Shown: positions 25,290-36,295 of the stretch, piece by piece
How positions within the stretch are numbered: position 1 is the first letter of the stretch
Layout of the letters: the number at the start of each line of letters is the position of its first letter
NCBI GenBank assembly: GCA_951406725.2
Contig: OX597818.1
Coordinates: forward strand, 108,996,001-109,060,000
Length of the DNA stretch: 64,000 nt
Direction of reading: 5' to 3'
Origin: Octopus vulgaris
Taxonomy: Eukaryota
Notes under the pieces: model-generated
The model's input: the letters and a program-made list of their open reading frames with translations, nothing else
Told to the model about the DNA's origin: nothing
Database searches by the model: none
Program-made: the position numbers and the translations under genes

Positions 25290-26290
25290 ATGATGAGTGT
25301 GCCCTTTCTCATGAATGATGTTTATGCTTCTCCTTACTATACATTGCAATCACACGCTCTGCTTTGTTCCTCCACGTAGTCCTTCATATCATTGTTCCAT
25401 CTTCATCTTTGTCACTGGTAAACCCATCGTCTATTAACAACCACTTTGAGCGTGTGGAGTCAGAGATTTTGAATCCAAATAACAAGGCCAAAATATTTCA
25501 ATTTTCACCATCTGACCACTGCACCAACTTTCATTCCACTCCCATCTCCACCTGGACTGAATTGCTCATTGTACAGGCTGACCATCAGTGGCACATCATC
25601 TTAAATCCCCTTAAGTTGTCTGGCACCTGCTACTAATAGCATCCATGCTTCACATCCAAGCATTGCTGCTGACCAGTGCAGGATTTCATTTGATGCTTTG
25701 CGGAACAGAGGCAGCTTCTCTTGAAAGTCCATAAATTTGTATTCCACTCTTAACAACAACTCCAGCCACTTGCTGACCAGAGTACATTCTCTTCAGTACG
25801 TTCACTGTAAAACCCTCAATGCCCCATCATCTGTAACATCTTTCACAATGCGGAATACCAAACTGAGTCGAAGGCCTTTTTATAATCAAAGAATGCTATA
25901 TTTTCTGGAATGTTATATTCCCTGGTTTTCTCCATGATGATGTTTAAAGTCTGGTCTTTCCTGCTCATCCTTTTATGAAACTGCATCTGTACTTTTTACA
26001 AGCCGTTCTTTGACAACCCAGTTCAACCTTGTCAACAGAATTCTCAGCATGATCTTACTGGTATGGCAGATGAGAGCTATGCTTTATGTGCAATGAACAC
26101 TGATCACATCTCATCCACCCATCTGACAGATATTGTTACATAGCTTGGCAAGAGCTTTCATCATCATGTCATCATTTACTTTCAATAATCCCACAAGAAG
26201 GTCATCAACACCAGCTGCTTTGGTTGTAGGGCACATGCTGAACTGTATCTTTCACTTCAGACCCCAGGACTTCTGACATGCAGTACAACA
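25290..26290 (-). mobile_element. Degenerate RTE/BovB-like LINE reverse-transcriptase fragment
   Basis: Minus strand reads IALICHTSKIMLRILLTRL...QMQFHKRMSRKDQ...FMDFQ, resembling RT domains (ISL.SH.SKI, Q.GFR..RS..DQ, F.DF.KAFD). Many lesions. Confidence 0.7.
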
Positions 26291-26486
26291 TGTTACTGTC
26301 ACTGTTCTCATTACTGTTTGAACCACACAAATATTAATTTTACTATTTCAAACTGTATCTCATGCTACGCCTCTCAAATACCATCAGATCTCAACAAAGT
26401 GAATCCAAAACTCAGTTTTAATTCCTGATAAGGATCACTACTTTAATACTTTAGTGTGTGTGTGTGTGTGTGTATAATAATAAAAT

Positions 26487-26753
26487 TCTTTTATTGCTTT
26501 ATTTGTTTCAGTCATTTGACTGCAGCCATGCTAGAGCACCACCTTTAGTTGAACAAATTGCCCCCAGGACTTATTTATGTATATATGTATATATACGACG
26601 GGCTTCTTTCAGTTTCCATCGACCAAATCCGCTCACAAGGCTTTGGTCAGCCCAAGGCTATAGTAGGAGACACATGCCCAAGGTGCCACACAGTGGGACT
26701 GAACCCGGAACCATGTGGTTGGTAAGTAAGCTACTTACCACACAGCCACTCCT
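26487..26753 (-). mobile_element. SINE family A (internally deleted)
   Basis: Reverse complement of the family A head and tail. Confidence 0.85.
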
Positions 26754-27127
26754 ACAGAATGTATAATTTTAACAGCCACAATGACTTTATTGAAATGCAA
26801 TTAACTAAAATGATTAGTATAAGCTTGTTAACATTACTTAACAGAACTGGATGGCTGAATTACCAAGCAAAGTATAGACTGAAATGTGTCAGGCCTTGAT
26901 CTTTCTCTGAGAGTAAAGAAGCATAGAGGAACAAGTGTCTGAGTTGTCGGTAGATCTGAATGAAAAAACCTGAAATAAAGGAGCGATATCCTTTCAGTTA
27001 CTTTCATACTTTTTTACCTACAGACAAATTAACAGCACCACATACTCTCACTCTTCTACCTTGCTCACACTTGTCTACACTTGCGTTTCAATAAAGTCAC
27101 TGTGTTTGTTAAAATTATACATTCACT

Positions 27128-27346
27128 AGGAGTTGGTGTGTGATAAGTAGCTTGCTTACCAACCACATGGTTCCGGGTTCAGTCCCACTGTGTGGCACCT
27201 TGGGCAAGTGTCTCCTACTATAGCCTTATGAGTGGATCTGGTAGACGGAAACTGAAAGAAACCCATCGTATATATATATATATATAAATAAGTCCTGGGA
27301 GCAATTTGTTCAACTAAAGGTGGTGCTCTAGCGTGGCTGCAGTCAG
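27128..27346 (+). mobile_element. SINE family A (internally deleted)
   Basis: aagtagcttgcttaccaaccacatggttccgggttcagtcccactg... Confidence 0.85.
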
Positions 27347-27941
27347 TTGTCTACAGAACAACTCACACACTCTCTTCTCCTTCATTTCTACTTGTCTACA
27401 GACCAACCAGTTTTCCACATTTGTCAACAGACACAACAACAACACTATTTCTTCTCTTTTTCTCTCTCGCTCAATCTCAATGGACAAAACATTACATTCC
27501 ACACTCTTCATGGCAACTGAACTTTTCAACTTTCCTTCTCACTAATTATTACTGACACAGTTCATCACTAGTCTCCTTGGTTTCTAAATTTCCCTTTAGT
27601 TAGTATTACAGTCACACACATAAGTATGCAACTTGATACTAAAGTGTTAATTACTGCTAATGATTACTGATTAAGAAAGGCTGTTAATTACTCGCAGTAT
27701 TCAACAGAATACAGTAAACATACATAGGTTAGAAGTATTGGTTTACAATGACATTGTTAATGTAGAATGTATAGTCAATATAATAGAGAAACGGTAACAG
27801 ATGCAGACAAGTGAGCCGAACAGGAACTGTTCTCTATGTAATATCATTAACAGAAAATATAGTGAAGCCGAAAGAGTATGAAATACAAATCATTTAGTGA
27901 TTAGAATTGAAAGGGGATACACAAATGAGTAAGAGACTTAC

Positions 27942-28104
27942 CATGTTTTTGCTGCATGAGAATCTCTGGTGCTAAATAATCAGGGGTGCCTAAAACACGA
28001 TGTTTTCTCGGTTGGCTGCGATACCGTCGCACACTCTTAGGTGTTCGTAAAGGAGTTGTTTCACCATGTGTTTCAACATCGTGCGGGGTTCGAACTGACA
28101 GTCT
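27942..28104 (-). CDS. MASTL: Greatwall/MASTL serine-threonine kinase, internal exon (end of the non-conserved middle region plus activation-segment/P+1 loop)
   Basis: 163-nt exon with acceptor ttattttcag| and donor |gtaagt. Translates RLSVRTPHDVETHGETTPLRTPKSVRRYRSQPRKHRVLGTPDYLAPEILMQQKH(G). TPxRTPKSVRR directly followed by GTPDYLAPE is the Greatwall signature. Starts phase 0, ends phase 1. Confidence 0.93.
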
Positions 28105-28509
28105 CTGAAAATAACAATTACCAGAATATATACGTTTATACATAAAAGAAAGAAATATATAATGTTAGTTCTGGTTAGGTAAACCATGTAATCCAAAGAG
28201 CAGCTCAATGTTCATGAATAACACACAGCAAGTACTGGTGAGCAAGCCATTCCTGTACTATAAGTGTTGTGACAAAGGCTGTGGAGTCAGGATGAGGGTT
28301 AGAGTTGGTACAAATAAACAGACTCAATGCAAATTATAATATTGTTAAAATTTCCAATTGCCCCAATACTAATTTGACTATTTTTTTAACTGAATATAAG
28401 AAAACCATATCTGAAAGCTTCCATAAAGAAGGCACATGGCCTGGTGGTTAGAGTGTTGCACTCACAACTGCCAGATTGTGAGTTCAATTCCTGCACTGGA
28501 CAATCCTCC

Positions 28510-28785
28510 TCATCATCATCATCGTTTAAACATCCATTTTCCAGGCTAGTATTGGTTTGACTGAGGACTGGAGAGCCAGTGGCTACACCAGGCTCAAATC
28601 TGATCTGGCAAGGTTTCTACAGCTGGATGCCCTTCCTAACACCAACCACTCGAAGAGTGTAGTGGGTGCTTTTTACGTGCCACCAGCATGGGAGCCAGTC
28701 AAGTGGACCTTATATTAACCATGTTCGGATGGTGCTTTTTACATGCCACCAGCACGGGAGCCAGCCAGGAAGCACTGGCCACAAT
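28510..28785 (-). mobile_element. RTE 3' UTR fragment, directly after a tRNA-like SINE head (about 28430-28500)
   Basis: catcatcatcatcgtttaa...ggatgcccttcctaacaccaaccac...ttttacgtgccacc. Confidence 0.75.
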
Positions 28786-29299
28786 GTGTCCTGTTTTTGA
28801 GCAAAAACACATCACTTTGCATTGCTCTGGTGCAGTATGGGAACCGGAATGCCAAAGAATAGACCCACCATTTCCTCTGTGTGTCATAAAAGGCAACTAA
28901 AAGAGGTTGAGGTAAGATTTGCACTCCAGCCTCATAAAACCCTCACCAGCAGCAACTGCCAAAACAGACCCATGGATTGGAGGGCTGTTACCTGAGTGGT
29001 GAAAAGTTGTCACCTGCCAGGTGAGGAGTAGGGAATCACCAACAGATCGTGGATGAAGTGATGCACTATTGCAGCACATTCTTCCATGTTACCATCACTA
29101 TGAAGAAGGAGTTGACAGAACCGATTCTGTTTCTTAGAATAAAATGTTAGCAAATATTGGATTTTGGACTTGATCCAGCTTCAGGTCTGATTTGATTGAG
29201 TGTTTAACTCAAGTAGAGAGAGAGAAAGTGAGAGAGATAGTATGCATGTGTGCACATGCAGGCATGTGCATGCATTTGATTATATACACATACAGAGGA

Positions 29300-29680
29300 A
29301 GGTGGCGAGCTGGCAGAAACGTTAGAGCGCCGGACGAAATGCTTAGCAGTATTTCGTCTGCCCACAATGAGCAGTACTAGCACATTGTGGGCAGTAAAGA
29401 AATATATATATATACACATATACAGACATCACTCTCATCAAGCATCCACTTTCCATGCTGGCATGGATTAGCTGGGTCGACTGGAACTGGTAAGCTAGAG
29501 AGCTGTACCATGTTCCACTCTGATGTGGAATGGTTTCTATGGCTGGATACTTAACACCAACCATTCCAACCCAAGAGTGTAGTGGATGCCAGTTACATGA
29601 CACCTGCATCAGACACATGATTTCACTTGGTTTGACGAGTCTTCTCAAGCACAACATATCGCCAAAGGTCTCAATCATTT
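29300..29680. mobile_element. Internally deleted SINE B (+, about 29300-29403) followed by a diverged RTE 3' fragment (-, about 29435-29680)
   Basis: ggcgagctggcagaaacgttag...ttgtgggcagtaaagaaata; catccactttccatgctggcatgg. Confidence 0.6.
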
Positions 29681-30063
29681 GTCATATAAATCTCAGCTAA
29701 ACACCCTCTATGTGTAGGGCCAAAGAAGCATTTATGGTCCAGCCCATTCCCTTAGATTATCATTGAGAATACCATATTTGCCTCAGTGTAATAGGTGCCT
29801 GATAAGCTGCAAAAGCCTTGAAGGGGCATGGCTTCAGCTGCACCAAAATAAATCTTTACAAGACATTCTGCAATGTTAGGCAATCTAAATGATCCCAACA
29901 GTTTATGTAAAACATTCCTCTATTAACTGAGCAGAGGGAAGGTGGACTCAGCAAAGGTGCACTAAATGCAAACCATCAAAGTGGAGGTAACTGTCTCAAG
30001 ACATCTCGACCATATCATCCTATCTATCTTTGTATAAAATCTTATGTCCATACAAGCATACAC

Positions 30064-30459
30064 AGGCACAAGCATGGCTGGGTGGTAAGAAGTTTGCTTC
30101 CCAACTCCATGGTTCTTGGTACAGTCCCACTGTGGGGCACACCTTGGGCACATATCTTCTACTATAGCCTAGAGCCAACCAAAGCTTTCTGAGTGAACTT
30201 GGTAAATGGAAACTGAAAGAAGCCCATTGTGTGTGTGTTTGTGTTCATACCCCACCACTGCTTGACAACTGGTGTTGATGTTTTTACGTCCCTGTGACTT
30301 AGTGGTTCAGCAAAAGTGACCGGAAGTGTAATTACCAGGCTTTAAAAAAGGAAAGAAGAAATACTGGGGTTAATTCATTCAACTAAAAATTCTTGATGGT
30401 GGTGCCCCAGCATGGCCGCAGTCTAATGACTGAAACAAGCAAAAGATAAAAGATAAGAT
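30064..30459 (+). mobile_element. SINE family A, full length
   Basis: Colinear with 2066-2450. Followed by (TG)n at 30471-30524. Confidence 0.85.
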
Positions 30460-30468
30460 ACTTGTGAG

Positions 30469-30527
<59 letters not shown>

Positions 30528-30811
30528 AGGTGTGTATATTATGTGTGCGGTTTTTATTAGTTCAAAGACTAACTGAAAAATAAAGAAGTTGATTCTCTTG
30601 GTTGTGAATGTCAGTAAATGTAAAGGAAGACTTATAACTCATTAGTTGATAAACTCAGTCAAATGCACCTGCCCAGGTAAAAAAAAAATACAAGCAGTAA
30701 AGAAATCAGACTGTATATCATAGTTTGGAATGATGGAGGTGATGGGAAACTAACCAGGAGACGATTACTAACAAGGTATTCAAATATTACTTCATTGATT
30801 GAAATATTTAA

Positions 30812-30999
30812 CCCTCCAGCATTTCAATTCCTGTCTAATATAATGCTTATTTATACACAATGTTTTGAACTATTCAATATTTCAGTGATGTGACTGTTTT
30901 TTGTTTTAGAATGACATTGTAAGATAGGTGTGAGAGGCTGGATCAGGCCAATTTGAACATAAACAGGTAAAATATTTCGGCCAGTTAAATGCTAAAGGG
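30812..30999. mobile_element. piggyBac-like MITE
   Basis: TTAA|ccctccagcatt ... aatgctaaaggg|TTAA. A related one-ended copy lies at about 60380-60518. Confidence 0.7.
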
Positions 31000-31109
31000 T
31001 TAAAGTCAAAATTATTTGTTAAAAATATTTTTTTTTAGGATTGTAATTGCTAACACTGTCCAAAATGTTAACTAACCTCTATGCCCCAGTGGTACAATTG
31101 TAGTTCAGT

Positions 31110-31535
31110 TTAGTCTGACCATCCTCCCAGACACTTCAACGGTTTCACATAAGCATGCCATCCATCACAGTTCCCCATGTATGTTCTTAATTTGTCAACA
31201 TTTGCCATTCCACTCTCCTGAAGCAAGTTGTTCAAATAGGTTGGATATTTTCTTCCTCTCTTGATTCTTCCTTCAACTGTCCGCCACAAGACCAGTTGAC
31301 CCACAGGTTCTTCTGGGTGCCTGACGCAATGACCAACAATTCTGATGCTTCTCTGTTGAATCTTCTCAGGCTCTTTGGGTAGATCTTGATGAAGCTGCTT
31401 GTTGGTTAAATGAGCTCTGCATATAACATTCAGAGCCATTCTTAACATTCTCATGTAGCAGCCATCTATTCGGTTTCCAAGTTTCCCTTTGAGGATCCAA
31501 GTTTCAGCACTGTATAACAAAACTGACTCTGTAGT
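31110..31535 (-). mobile_element. RTE-like LINE C-terminal fragment (different family from 19975)
   Basis: ESVLLYSAETW...DGCYMRMLRMALNV...GHCVRHPEEP..LVLW....GRIKRGRK. Confidence 0.82.
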
Positions 31536-31663
31536 AAAGATTGTTTGCCAACATTAAATGGCAGTCCTGGTTTAGGACAAATGTTGCTGTAATTTAGCCC
31601 CAGGAGACATCATCTTCAGCTGGCTATACGACACAATCTGTATCATATTTTCGAACAAGGGAA

Positions 31664-31744
31664 TCTAGTACCCCCACTCAGCTCAAAACAATATCTGTGT
31701 ATCGCGGTTAGATATTGTTTTGAGCTGAGTGGGGGGGTACTAGA
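31664..31744. repeat. Near-perfect inverted repeat (33-bp arms, 13-nt loop)
   Basis: tctagtacccccactcagctcaaaacaatatct-gtgtatcgcggtt-agatattgttttgagctgagtgggggggtactaga. The only imperfection is C5 versus G7. Confidence 0.92.
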
Positions 31745-31888
31745 ACAAATGGTAAGTAAGCCAAAACATCAAAGTCATAAAAATACATATTGCTTGTGTG
31801 TATATAATTACATAAGGGTTTATGAAAGGGGGAAAAGAAGGGGTCAGGAAAGAAGAACACAACAGGAAAAAAAAAAAAAACAACACAC

Positions 31889-31996
31889 CGATTTGAGATT
31901 CCTCAGTTCAGGAGTTCGAAAATGGATGTCTGAGTTTGTGAATCGCTGTATTCTGTGGGATTTGCTTTCAGTCTGACAACTCTGAACTTGGCCTGT
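31889..31996 (-). CDS. MASTL: Probable preceding MASTL exon (non-conserved middle region)
   Basis: 108-nt stop-free exon with acceptor tttctctttttatttttatag| and donor |gtgtgt. Translates TGQVQSCQTESKSHRIQRFTNSDIHFRTPELRNLKS. Phase 0-0 joins in frame to the 28104 exon. Assigned by splice signals and frame, not homology. Confidence 0.7.
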
Positions 31997-32015
31997 CTAT
32001 AAAAATAAAAAGAGA

Positions 32016-32077
<62 letters not shown>

Positions 32078-32093
32078 TGATAATAATAATAAT

Positions 32094-32133
<40 letters not shown>

Positions 32134-32136
<3 letters not shown>

Positions 32137-32511
32137 GCTTTCTAATTGATGTATCAATACCGGCTGATGACAACGTGTCTCTAAAAGAAATGGAGAAACT
32201 CTCAAAATACAAAGACCTGGAAATAGAGGTAACTAGAATGTGGAATCTGAAAACAGAAACAATTCCTATCATAGTAGGTGCATTAGGCATGATAAAAAAA
32301 TATTCAGACAAATACATAACAAAAACACCAGGACTTACAAACACATATAACATACAGAAAATTGCACTACTAGGCACTGCACACATCCTACGCAGAACAC
32401 TTTCCATACAATAACCATCAGAGCATCACAACAAATCACAGCACATACCCAAGGCACACAGAGCTGCGCTCGGTAGTGAAGTGAAAGCACGCTATAAAAA
32501 TAAAACTACTG
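32134..32511 (+). mobile_element. R4/Dong-clade LINE 3' end (restriction-like endonuclease) inside a (TAA)n array
   Basis: CFLIDVSIPADDNVSLKEMEKLSKYKDLEIEVTRMW....IPIIVGALG...QKIALLGTAHILRRTL*. (TAA)n on both sides (32017-32133 and 32512-32529). Confidence 0.85.
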
Positions 32512-32529
32512 AATAATAATAATAATAAT

Positions 32530-32710
32530 GGTTTCAAATTTTGCCACAAGTGTAGCAGTTTTGGGGGATACATCAATTCCAGTGTTTCACTGGTACTTAA
32601 TTTATCAACTCTTAAAGGATGAAAGGTAAAGTCAACCTCGGCGAAATTTGAACTCAGAATGCAGCAGCAGACCAAAATAGCACAAAGCATTTCGCCTGGT
32701 CTGCTAACTT
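32530..32710 (-). mobile_element. SINE family B, diverged
   Basis: ctggtacttaatttatc...aaaggatgaaaggtaaagtcaacctcggcgaaatttgaactcagaa. Confidence 0.75.
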
Positions 32711-35076
32711 TAAATTATTACTATTAATATTTGTAAAAGAACAACAGAGTTAAAACTCTATGTGTAGTAATTAAAGCTTCTGTTAATTGTTTGTGAGTAT
32801 TGTTAGTTACTTCTTTACACAGCCCAAGAAATACACAAATACACCACTACAAGCACCACCACCTCACCAAGCAGCAATTGAATATAGTTAAAAAAAAAAA
32901 AAAAAGAAATAATCAAACTGTAGCTTTTTAGTATTTATTCTAGTGGTAGGAACGTGCATATCAGGTGCATGCACACACGTATATTTCTTACCTCTCAGAA
33001 AAGTAATTTGCAAAGTTTAGTGTCACATAGTTATGAGTACAGGTGTTTATGTGAGAGCTTTTGTACAATGAGCCAGTTCACTAAACCCCTGTATATTAAT
33101 GCTATTTAATTGGCACCAGAAATGCCAACTCAGCTTTCATAGAATTTAAATACAAAATTGAGGATTACAGCAGCTGATAGTGTAAAGTATGCCATTAAAT
33201 AATGCTCTAGTCTGGTGGTGATGGTGTTGGTGGTAGCGGTGGTGGTGGTAGTAGTAGTAGTAGTTGTAGTAGTAGTATTCAGTTACAACAATATGCAGCA
33301 TTTTGATGGTGGTGATAAGAATCCAATTCCAAACTGATCTACTGCCATTGTAGTTTTAACACATATAGCAAAAATATTAAGCAACTCTAGTTAGCCATGC
33401 TTGCGTTTGCCAGACTGGCGCAAACAATTCTGTGTATAGGCCAATGGGCAAGTTGCAGTTCGGGAAAACATAGACATTTTGAGATGTGTTTAGAGAAACA
33501 TGAAGAGAAGGATGACTTGATGGTTAAAGTCAGTGGATGGCACAGTGAAAAAATGAATGTTTTCAGGTCCCTTTGATGTAGGGGTTATATTGGCTAGAAA
33601 GATTTAGGCATGAATTCTTCTCTGGCAAAGCATGCATGTGTCTATCACTGCTAAGTATAGGGCATTTCTGAACACTGCATACAAACACAGAGTTATATAC
33701 ACACATGTATACATAATTATTCAACTCTTACCAGTACACGTACAAACACTCTGACCTACAAATACAAGCATACACACACACACACACACACACACAAAAC
33801 AGTGCTTAAACTCATTGGCACTGAAATGTATATACATTTCTTTCTTTAGGTACCATGCCCAGAATGTAGGACACAGGTGATCATGCCTTGCCACAATTCT
33901 CTTTTCCTTGTTTGCTGTAACAGTTCCACTCCTTGATGTTCAATGTCTCTCTTCTTCCAACCAATTCCTCAGACTTGACATCCGCATCATCCTTCTCCTT
34001 TCTCTGCTTCTTTTCCTTTCAATCTTTCCAGTCATCCCTAAATACTACAGGCCCACATTCTCCATCACAACAGGATGGAGAAATCTCAGTTGCTTGGCTC
34101 TTGTCTCATGAAGCAGTTTCCTATTTACCACAGCACAGGTCCATCATATACATCCATGTGAAATCATTGCTATTCACACACACACACACTCATTATCTTC
34201 TACTACGCACACTCAAACAGTCCTTGTTTGCACTAACGAGCCACAACATTAAGCACACCCACACTCACTTCTGTTAGAAAACACTAACACCTTTCTGGTA
34301 AATGTATGAAGTGGAAGCAGATTCGGTGAAGTTATTGAAGTTGTAGAAAGAACTCCGTATAGTTGCATCAACAGGAATCCAAAGGAATTCAGATGCGAGA
34401 CACTTTTTATCATGTGTGGCACGATTCTTGTACAATTGGTTAATCACATCAAATAAGTGCGGTAGAGAAACCCCAGAAGCAAGACAAGCTTAAACTTTCA
34501 GTGAAATCTCTAAGAAATATTGATGAAATTACATATGAAAGTAAGGCACATACACATTCACAGGCACACTTCGAGTAGCATACAGTGTGTATTATATGTG
34601 GTGGACATGACGACATCCGTCATTTGCTAACAACATGTCCACACTAAATAGCATTTCAAATATTTTTATACAAATACATTTTTAATGATGATGACAACAA
34701 TGGCTAAGGTTTTATGGTTATTATCGAAGGCACAGCCCAAAATATTAAAAATTTAAGGCTTAAAGAAACTATCTTTGTTAATAAAGTAAATCTGTTAATT
34801 AGAAATACTCAGGAGCTAAGTTATGTTAATTGAGTAATTTTCATCCAATTAATCTACGCAGAATGGACCTAGCTTCTAGTTTTGTTTTCTTGATAAAGAA
34901 TTCTTTTACTGAAATTACAGAATACAAAAGTGAGAGTGCAAACCATTGGGCTTGTTTTCATTCCTTTATTCTCAATTTACATTGCAGTAACTTTCTTAAT
35001 AATTATTACTTTGTCATTTCATAAGGTTTCATATGAACTAGAACATTCTAGTATATATAAATATACATATAGTGGA

Positions 35077-35310
35077 GTCATGTGGCTCAGTGGTTAAGGT
35101 GATGGACTCATGATCGTAAGGTTGTGGTTTCAATTCCTGGACCAGGTGATGTGTTGTGTTCTTGAGCAAAACACTTCATTTCACCTTGCTGCAGTCCACT
35201 CAGCTGGCAAAAATGAGTAACACTGCAATGGACCGGCATCCTGTCTAGGTGGGGAATTTATATGCCGCTGAAACCAGAAACCAGCCCTCATGAGTTTATA
35301 TGACTTGGGA
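35077..35310 (+). mobile_element. SINE family D (tRNA head plus CORE/V-like central domain)
   Basis: A-box tggctcagtggttaag, B-box-like ggtttcaattcc, then cttgagcaaaacacttcatttcacc..gtccactcagctg. Confidence 0.75.
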
Positions 35311-35315
35311 AGGAA

Positions 35316-35364
<49 letters not shown>

Positions 35365-36232
35365 TACACACACACTCCTGTACCTCTCACCATCTGTTTC
35401 TACAGTCACCTGTATCTCATCTGAACATCCACTCACCTAATCCAATCCTCTCTAACACTTCACCCACCCCACTGTACATTGAGGTTATGTCCTGATACAT
35501 AATCTATAACCGTCCCCTTCACTCTCCATCTCTATTTTCTTCCCCCTTTCTCCAACTGGAGTCTCTTCGTCTCTCTTCTACAATAAGATACCTATCTATC
35601 CCTCTATTATTCTTTTGACTTCTCATCAACTGGCACAAAGCCACCTCCCTCAATACTACTTCCCAAGTTGAGGGGACTGTCTTGAAAGTTACTTGGTGAC
35701 CCCACCAATGTTGGTGCCACATAAAAAGCGCCCAGTACACTCTGTAAAGTGGTTAGCATTAGGAAGGGCATCCAGCCATACGAACCACACCAAAACAGAC
35801 AACAGAGTTTGGCATAGTCCTGACTTTCCACCTCTTATCAAACTGACCAACCCATGCCAGCATGGAAAACGGATGATGATGTGTGTGTGTGTGTGTGTGT
35901 ATGTAGGCCAATTTGTTGAAAAAAAAGAAAAATCATGATGATTCCACTTGAATTTATTCTTTCAAGCACAACATTTATCTTCGTTAAAGATGCCCTAATA
36001 AAACATAGACAAAAAATTCTCAGCAAAGAGTTTCATCATAAACACCGTTCTTAATCTTTCCACCTTGAGCATTCTAGCTTTATTTATTTTTAAACTATTA
36101 CCAAAAATACAGCAATGTCTCTAATTTAACTGCTTTAGGGGTAAGATAGTAAAGGTGACAAAATGTCCAAGTGACAGATAAATAATCAAATAGTTGAAAG
36201 GAATGACAGAAAGTTTGTCATAAAAAAATGTC

Positions 36233-36295
<63 letters not shown>

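Noticed and set aside
34290-34510. Exon-like unique segment on the minus strand (similar cases at about 32990-33090, 42690-42892 and 63060-63227)
   Set aside because: All frames from the candidate acceptors hit stops, and no MASTL or other homology is recognisable.
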